From contig DASPXJ010000056.1 in assembly GCA_035637355.1 (NCBI GenBank), positions 2,517-66,516 of the forward strand: a stretch of DNA of 64,000 bases, in the 5' to 3' direction. The notes below the pieces were generated by a model. That model was not told where the DNA came from. It did no database searches and saw nothing but the letters and a program-made list of their open reading frames with translations. This stretch comes from Gemmatimonadales bacterium (GTDB lineage Bacteria; Gemmatimonadota; Gemmatimonadetes; Gemmatimonadales; GWC2-71-9). The position numbers and the translations under genes were made by a program. Positions 1 through 6,418 of the stretch are shown here, in pieces (positions within the stretch are counted from its first letter, which is position 1; every line of letters starts with the position of its first letter).

Positions 1-145
1 CACGTGAGTTCATTGTTCAAGCGGTACGAGATGACGTTCGCGACAGGGCTGACGAGTTCATCATGGGTACCCCGCGTCCAACCCAAAGCGATCGCGTTGC
101 AGCGCCCAGGTGGTCCCGCTTGCTGCAGAAAGACCGCCGATTTCC

Positions 146-781
146 TTAAGAACCCCAGATGGGGATTCTCACGACCCCCCTCAGATATGCAGCCCAATAG
201 GCAATGCCGACACCGCTAGCACCAAGCGCGCCCGTAATCTCCGCCCGCACTGGCGGGATAATCTTTATTCCCAGCCCAAGCTCTCCTACTTCGTAGAAGT
301 CCGTCTTGTCGTCGTGAGGAAACTGAACTGTCGACGTCGGCTTGTATTGTGCATGCGCGGCGCCAAGGTATATGTTGAGCACTGGATAGACTGGATAGGC
401 CTCGTAGAAATAGCCGAAGGCACCGCCGACGCTGACATCAAAGGCGCTAATGGTTCCCACTTGTTGACCAGTCGAGTCAACGAGTGTTCGCTTGCCGATC
501 GACTCTCCGCGTATGACGATTGCAAAACCCTTTCCTCCAACCGGAATCCCGAACTCGGCGGTGTAGCTAGCCTTGTCACCAAACGCGACCAATGCGTCCC
601 GATCAGGACGTTTGGTCGCGGTGTCGGCGCGAAAAACGACCCCGTCACCAAACCGCCAAAGCTTCCCTACCCCAACGGCGAGCCAGGCGGCGCCACCTTG
701 CGGTTCCCGTTGCGCTGCCAAGTCGACACTCGTGACTGCGAATTCTGAGAGGCACAGCGCTAGGCGGGCAACCCGCAACAT
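146..781 (-). CDS. putative outer-membrane beta-barrel protein (accessory region)
   Basis: ORF 146..850 trimmed to the internal ATG at 781 (MLRVARLALCL...). Alternating amphipathic strands rich in aromatics (YTAEFGIPV, ISAFDVSVGGAFGYFYEAY, NIYLGAAHAQY). No family recognised and no canonical C-terminal aromatic residue. Confidence 0.4.
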   Translation of the reverse strand: MLRVARLALCLSEFAVTSVDLAAQREPQGGAAWLAVGVGKLWRFGDGVVFRADTATKRPDRDALVAFGDKASYTAEFGIPVGGKGFAIVIRGESIGKRTLVDSTGQQVGTISAFDVSVGGAFGYFYEAYPVYPVLNIYLGAAHAQYKPTSTVQFPHDDKTDFYEVGELGLGIKIIPPVRAEITGALGASGVGIAYWAAYLRGVVRIPIWGS

Positions 782-999
782 CGGACTTCCTCCGGCTCCC
801 CTCGAGGCGTGGGGGATCCGCACGACATCGCGCCTCGCAGTTCGTAGCATCTGGGTTGTGTTTCAATATGCGTCCCAGAGCGTGGCTCGCAAGGTGGGCG
901 GGACGGCCTAATACCTTCGCTCTGCGCGGCCGGGCGGGTGGAGGGGCCTGGCAGGTAGAGCGCGTTCGCTACTTCGGCCAAGAGACCGAGAAGCAACCC

Positions 1000-1157
1000 G
1001 TGGTAGCAACGGTGGTAACAACGGCGCCGTCGCTGGCTGGCGCCGGCCGACGCGCGACACCTGTAAGTGCCTCAAACAACAACGGCCGGCATCGGTGGTC
1101 GCTGGCCGGTGCCGCCTCCGGAGCCGACGGTCCCGCGTTCGAATCGCGGCTGGCGCA
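1000..1157 (+). repeat. att-like repeat copy A: GGTAACAA-type motifs plus a tRNA-Arg(CCG)-like 3' fragment (anticodon loop to discriminator, 1116..1157)
   Basis: Aligns by eye with 4539..4698. Last 29 nt are identical (GGTCCCGCGTTCGAATCGCGGCTGGCGCA). Reads as loop CTCCGGA, GCCGA, CGGTC, T arm CCGCG-TTCGAAT-CGCGG, acceptor strand CTGGCGC, then A. No D arm and no pairing 5' anticodon-stem strand. Confidence 0.65.
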
Positions 1158-1456
1158 TTGAGGTACACGGTCGATTTCTCCTCTGTAACAGATTTCGTAA
1201 CAAGGCGGCCTTATTGGCTCGCCGGGTTAACTCGCGCAAACAGATCACCCGCGTTCCCGCCCCTATCCCCAATCCAAACCTCCCAACGAATCCTCTGCTC
1301 CAAAGGGACTTCATTCGCCGTAAAATAGAAGAGCAGCCGTTCCCGCGCCGAAGTGGCGTCTTAGGAACGACTGCTCGTTGAACAGCGACCAGCCGGTTGT
1401 ACGCTAAATAAAACCTACCCTGCTTGTCGCCTAACCAGTAGCCGGATTGACAAACC

Positions 1457-1873
1457 TCACTTCACTGGAAGGCCCCGCAGCAGCGCGTCTGGGACCCGGT
1501 CTCGAACCTCGGCAAAAAGCCGCTGCGCGCGACCTAGAACCTCTTCCATGTCCCCACGCAGAAAGTCTGGGCGGTTGATTACGTAATCCGCTTGCTCGCG
1601 CTGAAGGCGAAGGGTGCAGAGCTTCTGCTTGATGTTCATCAGGTGAGCCCGTTTGCTGTCGTGCAAAGTGGACCGCACCCAGTGGTGCGTGTTATACGGA
1701 GGCACTGTGCCAGCGCCGTTCACTTGGTCGATGCGCTTGATCAACAAGAGCAGGCAGGCGTAATAGCTTCGATTCATCGCGGTGCGCCAGCAGCTTTGCT
1801 CCGAAGCGCCACCGGGTCGGGCCGTCACGAGGTCAACGGCAATTGTGAGCAGTGCTTCCGGGTCGAGCGGCAT
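1457..1873 (-). CDS. HEPN domain protein (candidate toxin/effector)
   Basis: 138 aa. All-helical pattern with NRSYYACLLLLIKRI and a C-terminal REQADYV motif typical of HEPN (PF05168-like) proteins. ATG directly abuts the stop of the upstream gene. Confidence 0.5.
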   Translation of the reverse strand: MPLDPEALLTIAVDLVTARPGGASEQSCWRTAMNRSYYACLLLLIKRIDQVNGAGTVPPYNTHHWVRSTLHDSKRAHLMNIKQKLCTLRLQREQADYVINRPDFLRGDMEEVLGRAQRLFAEVRDRVPDALLRGLPVK

Positions 1874-2422
1874 CTACTGCGCTCTATGACACACCAAAAC
1901 GAAATCGTCCTCGACTGCGGGGAAGGCGGTAACGAAGTAGTTGACCAAAGCGTCCTCTCCATCAAGGAACGCTTCCAGCGCGATTACGGGCGTGCTGATT
2001 GTCACCACGGCGAAAACGTTGGGCTCGCGGTCGATATCGCACCGGAGGTCGGCGCTCATCGTAGTTGCTACTCCGAAAAGCCGTTTTGCCTCGCCTCGAA
2101 GCCCGCGCAGCGCTTGAATCCGTGCTTCCGACCACCATTCCGCGCCTACAGGCTCGGCGGTGCGCTTAGTAAGCGCGTTCACCAACCTCGCTGTCGCTGT
2201 CGCCCGCACGGTTACCGCGTCTCGAATTGTCCCGGCATCCGCACTGTAGAGCCACACCTTGTTGAACGGAGCACGGCTTACGTGCCTGCCGAGATTAGCC
2301 TGCGCGAGAAATCCCGCGTCAACCACATACCAAACAAAGCGCTTCGCTGGCTTGGAGGCCTCCACGTCCCACTTCTCGGACAGCGCTAGATTGCCCCTGG
2401 GGCGAAAAGCAGTCGAGTTCAT
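1874..2422 (-). CDS. hypothetical protein, middle gene of the HEPN cassette
   Basis: 182-aa ORF. Its stop abuts the HEPN start and its start overlaps the upstream stop (ATGA). No GSx..DxD nucleotidyltransferase motif recognised. Confidence 0.5.
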   Translation of the reverse strand: MNSTAFRPRGNLALSEKWDVEASKPAKRFVWYVVDAGFLAQANLGRHVSRAPFNKVWLYSADAGTIRDAVTVRATATARLVNALTKRTAEPVGAEWWSEARIQALRGLRGEAKRLFGVATTMSADLRCDIDREPNVFAVVTISTPVIALEAFLDGEDALVNYFVTAFPAVEDDFVLVCHRAQ

Positions 2423-2880
2423 AGTGATTCGTTGGCAGTCATGCGGACATGAAGAATAATCAGAATCATGGCATCGTGCACGACGCGCAGCGCTGTAAAA
2501 AGTGCCTCGGGTGATAAACCCTCCTCCCGCAACACTCTGACCACGAGTATCCTCGTGATCCTTCGCGCCTCCTCATCGGCGTCAATGACAAACTCAACCT
2601 CACCATGCAGCAGTAGGTCGCGCACAAGATTGAATCGAAAGACTCTAAACTCTTGTGGGCTGAGTGCTCCGATCACTCGCCGGTGCTCGTCGCTGACTTC
2701 TACGGCGCGAATAATCCTGACTAAGTGGTCGCGGTCAGCGGGACAAAGAATGTGAGTTAGGAGCCCGTCCTTCCCCGGGTAGTTGACGGCGAAGTGCCAT
2801 CGCGTTTTGGAGTCCTCCACGACATCGACGGATATCCCCTCACGCTCAAGCCATCGTCTGACCTGCTGAGCATCAACCAT
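2419..2880 (-). CDS. hypothetical protein, YbjN/DUF2299-like (tentative)
   Basis: 153-aa ORF, first gene of the cassette. General resemblance to the YbjN-type chaperone-like fold (VRRWLEREGISVDVVED..., FVIDADEE...). Weak by-eye call. Confidence 0.4.
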   Translation of the reverse strand: MVDAQQVRRWLEREGISVDVVEDSKTRWHFAVNYPGKDGLLTHILCPADRDHLVRIIRAVEVSDEHRRVIGALSPQEFRVFRFNLVRDLLLHGEVEFVIDADEEARRITRILVVRVLREEGLSPEALFTALRVVHDAMILIILHVRMTANESL

Positions 2881-3027
2881 GAATCACCGCCGAAGTGGGG
2901 AGAGAACGTGAACCGAAGTTACCTATGCGCCCCACTGGGGCAAGCAGCGCCTTAGTTGTCGCGGTTTCATGGGGAGGATCGCAGAAACGATTTGGAGAAC
3001 GTGCCAGCCAACGAACAACACCGTCAC

Positions 3028-3603
3028 CTACTCGCGGCCACCAAACCAGCGCCACGTTGAGACAAAGACCCACACAGCCGCACCAACCCACAAGAGCCAC
3101 GCGATTAGCCCCACCCCCTCGTCGCCATTGGTAGCGATCGCGTTTGCGACTAGAAACCCGACCACAAGCGCTCCCCAGAGCATTGCGATTTTGCCGGGGT
3201 GCCACCGCGTGACGTCCTTCGCCGTCTCTCTCCGTTCGCTTTTCTGATTCAGAAGCTGGTCAACGGTTGCACACAGGAGTTCGAGCCGCTGGTGGAAGAT
3301 GCGGTGCTCCGGTGTCGATGCTGGCGCGTCCAGCACCACACCCATGTCCCGCCGCAGTTCGACTAACTCCTCACGCGCGAGGCCCATAAGGAGCCTGTGG
3401 GCGTGCTGCTCGGGCATTGAGACGAGCATGGCGAGAAAGGAATCGGTCGGGGTGCTCGTCGCCGTATCGCCTTCCGGTTGTTGGCTCGGCTGGACAGCGA
3501 ACACTGACCCACAGGCACTACAGGAGTACACACGGCCAAATGTCTTTTCACGGATTGCGACCGCGCCGCCACAGTTCGAACACTTCGCGGGCGGCGCGCT
3601 CAC
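3028..3603 (-). CDS. zinc-ribbon membrane protein
   Basis: GTG start overlapping the upstream stop (GTGA). N-terminal CxxC...CxxC (CSNCGG...CSACGS). Two C-terminal hydrophobic helices (IAMLWGALVVGFLVANAI, LIAWLLWVGAAVWVFV). Confidence 0.55.
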   Translation of the reverse strand: MSAPPAKCSNCGGAVAIREKTFGRVYSCSACGSVFAVQPSQQPEGDTATSTPTDSFLAMLVSMPEQHAHRLLMGLAREELVELRRDMGVVLDAPASTPEHRIFHQRLELLCATVDQLLNQKSERRETAKDVTRWHPGKIAMLWGALVVGFLVANAIATNGDEGVGLIAWLLWVGAAVWVFVSTWRWFGGRE

Positions 3604-3740
3604 GGTTTGTACGTAATCGTGATCTTGACCTTGAAGGAATTACCACAGGGCCCGTAGTTCTTTCGACCCTTCGGAGAGCCCTTGTAGCCCTGGCAGCCGA
3701 TGTACGGTATCTCCTTTTCGGTTTCCTTGGTCGTCACCAT
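3600..3740 (-). CDS. small protein, 46 aa (not in the ORF track)
   Basis: Own translation: MVTTKETEKEIPYIGCQGYKGSPKGRKNYGPCGNSFKVKITITYKP. Its ATG overlaps the upstream stop (ATGGTGA) and its stop overlaps the downstream GTG start. Confidence 0.4.
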   Translation of the reverse strand: MVTTKETEKEIPYIGCQGYKGSPKGRKNYGPCGNSFKVKITITYKP

Positions 3741-3994
3741 GCCGTGAACAATGCGTCCGATGTCAGAACCGCCGTTATAACAGAGTGAGTTGCTGCAATT
3801 GATGTACTGGCCACATGATCGTAAACAGCCGGTTCGCCACGAAACATCGGCGACACACCGCGTCCAGACTCGGTTACTTCCACACGTAGCTTGTCAATTG
3901 TGGGGAATGCTTCCTTAAGTGGAACCTTCGGCCCCATGATTGATTCGCCTTGATTGAACACATCCGAAGCCTTCTGTCGCTTGTTCCGGTCCAT
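3734..3994 (-). CDS. hypothetical protein (86 aa)
   Basis: ORF 3734..4117 trimmed to ATG 3994 (MDRNKRQKASD...), which lies 4 nt after the stop of the upstream gene. Confidence 0.4.
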   Translation of the reverse strand: MDRNKRQKASDVFNQGESIMGPKVPLKEAFPTIDKLRVEVTESGRGVSPMFRGEPAVYDHVASTSIAATHSVITAVLTSDALFTAW

Positions 3995-3998
3995 GAGC

Positions 3999-4247
3999 CT
4001 AGCTCGCACGGCTGATCGTGACGGTGGGTGCGAACCCCGTCCATACAGCCTCGCCGGTTCCCGGTCGTACGACGGTCGACGTACTCCCGGCAGCACCCGG
4101 CATGGCGACCGTGACAAGCGGACCGGCCTGCTCGCCGGGCGTGAGAATGTGTATGTCCGGGTTGTGGTAAGGATCGTGCGACCGCTGAGTGCCCAAGCAA
4201 AGAGCGCAAGCGAACAGCGCGCCGTGCGCGCAACGAATCGGTCTCAA
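3999..4247 (-). CDS. small secreted protein or lipoprotein (82 aa, TTG start)
   Basis: Frame of ORF 3999..4319. TTG at 4247 is preceded by GGGGG. N-terminus RPIRCAHGALFACALC resembles a signal/lipobox. The ATG at 4319 would overlap the upstream gene by 64 nt. Confidence 0.35.
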   Translation of the reverse strand: MRPIRCAHGALFACALCLGTQRSHDPYHNPDIHILTPGEQAGPLVTVAMPGAAGSTSTVVRPGTGEAVWTGFAPTVTISRAS

Positions 4248-4255
4248 GTAACCCC

Positions 4256-4483
4256 CTAGTTCTGGCTCAACACGTGTGCGTAGATAGCCGCGCGCACGCG
4301 CTCGTACTGCTCGTACCAACCGGGCTCGCCTTGGCCCTCAAGGACCGGCCAGATTTTCAGCGACAGGGTTGCACCATAGTCGCGCGCGGGCTCCGCATTC
4401 CTCAGCGCACATCGGGCGAACAACTTGCCGTCGACCAGCACGGTCCCGTGGTGCGACAATTTGCGGCGGGCGTCGAGTGTCAT
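4256..4483 (-). CDS. hypothetical protein (75 aa), first gene of the island operon
   Basis: ATG at 4483 preceded by AAGGAGG (complement of 4491..4497) at 7-nt spacing, with an AT-rich stretch upstream. Confidence 0.55.
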   Translation of the reverse strand: MTLDARRKLSHHGTVLVDGKLFARCALRNAEPARDYGATLSLKIWPVLEGQGEPGWYEQYERVRAAIYAHVLSQN

Positions 4484-4538
4484 GGTGGGCCCTCCTTCGC
4501 ATCTAAAATCTAACTACTTGGGTGCATCCCATCCTATG

Positions 4539-4698
4539 ACGTGGTAACAATGGCGGTAACAACGGGGACGTTTTTGACGGGTACTGGCGAGTGTGACTAC
4601 GCGCTTGGTGGTAGAAACAACAACGGCCAGCGTTGGTGATCGCTGGCCGTCCTGGCCTCCGCAGCCGAAGGTCCCGCGTTCGAATCGCGGCTGGCGCA
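4539..4698 (+). repeat. att-like repeat copy B: GGTAACAA-type motifs plus a tRNA-Arg(CCG)-like 3' fragment (4657..4698)
   Basis: Direct repeat of 1000..1157 with an identical terminal 29 nt (4670..4698). GGTAACAATGG at 4543..4553 and GGTAACAACGG at 4555..4565. Ends 2 nt before the stop codon of the convergent gene at 4700. Confidence 0.65.
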
Positions 4699-4699
4699 C

Positions 4700-5386
4700 T
4701 CAGAAGACGAGAGCAAACCCGATCCGTCCCAGCGACTGTTGAATCGGCGCGGCGGTATCGCCACTCCCATCGTTCGTCGTCCGCGAGAAGCGCTGGAATC
4801 CATAGTCCCCCGTCACGCGCACGCGGCCGCGCAGGGCCTCCACCGTGAGCCCGAGGCCGAGATGCAGCGCGCCGAGCGCTGACGTCGATCCCCCGCCCGA
4901 GTATTTCGAGCCGAACATCAGCCCGCCGCTCAACGCCATGCGGACGCCAGGCCCCAACAGGTACGCCATCTGCGCGCCGGCCGTCACGGCCCCGACCGAT
5001 TGCGCTTCGAACTCCGGATCCGCCGTGCGGTTCATGAAGCCGAGCTCACCGCTCACCGGGCCGGTGATGTAGTACCGCAGCCGCACGTCCACTTCCGACG
5101 CGTCGAACTCTTTGGTGGCGGTTCCGTCTTTGCTGGGCTTGTACTTCAGCTTCGAGAGCACGACGTCGGCTGAGAACTTCTTCCACTGGACTGTGGCGCT
5201 GCCGGCGATGCCGGAGCCGCGGTAATGCAGGTCGGAGGACACCTCGCGATAATCCCCGAACGCGATCTGAGGGCCGACGGAGAAATGCTGGGCGGAAAGT
5301 TGGAATGTTGGAATGTTGGAAAGAACTAGAGTTAATGCGACCGTCCAACCGTCCAACCGTCCAACCGTCCAACGTTTCTCGCTCAT
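4700..5386 (-). CDS. outer-membrane beta-barrel protein
   Basis: 228 aa. Signal peptide ends SAQ. Amphipathic strands and C-terminal ...GFALVF (terminal Phe). Start overlaps the upstream stop (ATGA). Confidence 0.65.
   Translation of the reverse strand: MSEKRWTVGRLDGWTVALTLVLSNIPTFQLSAQHFSVGPQIAFGDYREVSSDLHYRGSGIAGSATVQWKKFSADVVLSKLKYKPSKDGTATKEFDASEVDVRLRYYITGPVSGELGFMNRTADPEFEAQSVGAVTAGAQMAYLLGPGVRMALSGGLMFGSKYSGGGSTSALGALHLGLGLTVEALRGRVRVTGDYGFQRFSRTTNDGSGDTAAPIQQSLGRIGFALVF
5299..5372. repeat. inverted blocks of 8-nt tandem repeats: (GTTGGAAT)x3 and (CCGTCCAA)x4
   Basis: Read directly from the sequence. The blocks are separated by 18 nt and lie inside the signal-peptide coding part of 4700..5386. 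Confidence 0.8.
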
Positions 5387-6414
5387 CGCCCACCCCCGGC
5401 CCGCGGCAGCGGCACCACGCTGAGCGCGACCTGCTGGCGGCGGCGCGTGTTTTCCTGGGCGATCTCGGTGTTGCGGCGGGAAATCTGCTCGCGCAGCAGT
5501 TGGTTGTAGAGAACGTTGCCGCGGGCCGCCTGCGGCGCCGGCTTGCGCAGCGTCATAATGAATCCCGCGAGGATGACGCCGCCACCGATCATGCTTCCTT
5601 CCCGCAACGACGTCTTGCCGAGATCGCCGCTGGAAAAGGCGGACGTTCCTGCCAGTGCAATACCGGTGTAGACGAGCGCCAGCCCCATGGGCTTCCAGCT
5701 CTTGGGCGGCACCTCCGTCTCCGGCAGATAAGTGTAGCCCGGCAGGCTGGTGAGGTGCGGCAGGGTATCGACCGCGCCATGGGTGACGCGGATCGCCTGC
5801 GACGTCGAGAAGTTGTTCTGTCCCACCGTCGCTTCCACGACGATGTTGTAGTCGCCGGCCGCGACCGGATCGCCGCTCGCCAGCCGCGCGGGCCAGCGAA
5901 TGTTCACCTGCCCGCTCGCCACGGTCGAATCGATCCGGAGCGAGGTCTGCGGGCCCAGGACACGCGTGACGACACGGGCGGGCTGCGTCACGGTGTAGCG
6001 CACCGCGACCACGCCTTGCCCACCCACGAACGAGACGCTGTCGACGTGCAGTTGCCGGATGACCAGCACCTGCGTGAGGGCGACCTGAAACGCGCTCAGC
6101 GCCTTCGGTGACGTGCGGGTCGGATCGAGGTCGCGCTCGGGCTCGAGCAGGATCACCTGCTTGAACGCGTCGACCGCACGCAGAATCGAATCCATGCCGC
6201 TGTAGGTGAAGCCGAGCAGCTCGTATGCCCGCGCCCGCTCGTAACCGGTGAGTCGCTCGCGCAGCGCCGCCTGCCCCGCGCTCAAGGCCTGGCGAAAATC
6301 GAGATTGTTCAATGCTTGCTGCGCCCGACGTAGCGTGGCGTTCTGAACCGTCTGAGCCGCGCCGAGAGCCGGCGCGAAGGCCAACGCGAGGACGAGCAGC
6401 AGGCGGACGCGCAT
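5383..6414 (-). CDS. secreted/membrane protein with TPR-like N-terminus, FlgD-Ig-like domain and C-terminal TM helices
   Basis: ORF 5383..6474 trimmed to MRVRLLLVLALAFAPALGAAQ (ATG 6414). VAVRYTVTQPARV...GDYNIVVEA resembles the FlgD Ig-like fold. Hydrophobic GLALVYTGIALAG and GGGVILAGFIM. Confidence 0.55.
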   Translation of the reverse strand: MRVRLLLVLALAFAPALGAAQTVQNATLRRAQQALNNLDFRQALSAGQAALRERLTGYERARAYELLGFTYSGMDSILRAVDAFKQVILLEPERDLDPTRTSPKALSAFQVALTQVLVIRQLHVDSVSFVGGQGVVAVRYTVTQPARVVTRVLGPQTSLRIDSTVASGQVNIRWPARLASGDPVAAGDYNIVVEATVGQNNFSTSQAIRVTHGAVDTLPHLTSLPGYTYLPETEVPPKSWKPMGLALVYTGIALAGTSAFSSGDLGKTSLREGSMIGGGVILAGFIMTLRKPAPQAARGNVLYNQLLREQISRRNTEIAQENTRRRQQVALSVVPLPRAGGGR

Positions 6415-6418
6415 CAGA

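Larger units (their letters stand above)
1158..4538. mobile_element. putative integrase-less genomic island or satellite bounded by tRNA-fragment repeats
   Basis: Flanked by direct repeats A and B. Sampled lines are about 45-63% G+C versus about 63-72% in the core. Eight co-directional small genes. No recombinase ORF seen. Confidence 0.45.

Noticed and set aside
4-748. Plus-strand ORFs 4..219 and 110..748 at the left edge
   Set aside because: They overlap the better-supported minus-strand beta-barrel ORF (146..781). Their translations are Arg/Pro/Cys-rich with no recognisable features.
850-1157. tmRNA (ssrA) as an explanation for the tRNA-like 3' end and the ...NNNG... reading frame just upstream
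   Set aside because: The acceptor strand CTGGCGC-A implies a 5' strand GCGCCAG with G3:C70. tmRNA requires the GGG start with a G3:U70 alanine identity pair. No GGGG... 5' end or pairing strand is present upstream. The putative tag frame has no proper stop in copy A. The element is present twice, 3.5 kb apart.
1040-1157. An intact tRNA gene (possibly with an intron) at either repeat copy, including 4601..4698
   Set aside because: GCGCCGG at 1040 could pair with the 3' acceptor strand, but it is 117 nt away. There is no D arm (no TAGCTCAG-like segment). The 5 nt preceding the anticodon loop do not pair with GCCGA (3 of 5 in copy A, 4 of 5 with a C-A mismatch in copy B). The extra length is too short for a group I intron.
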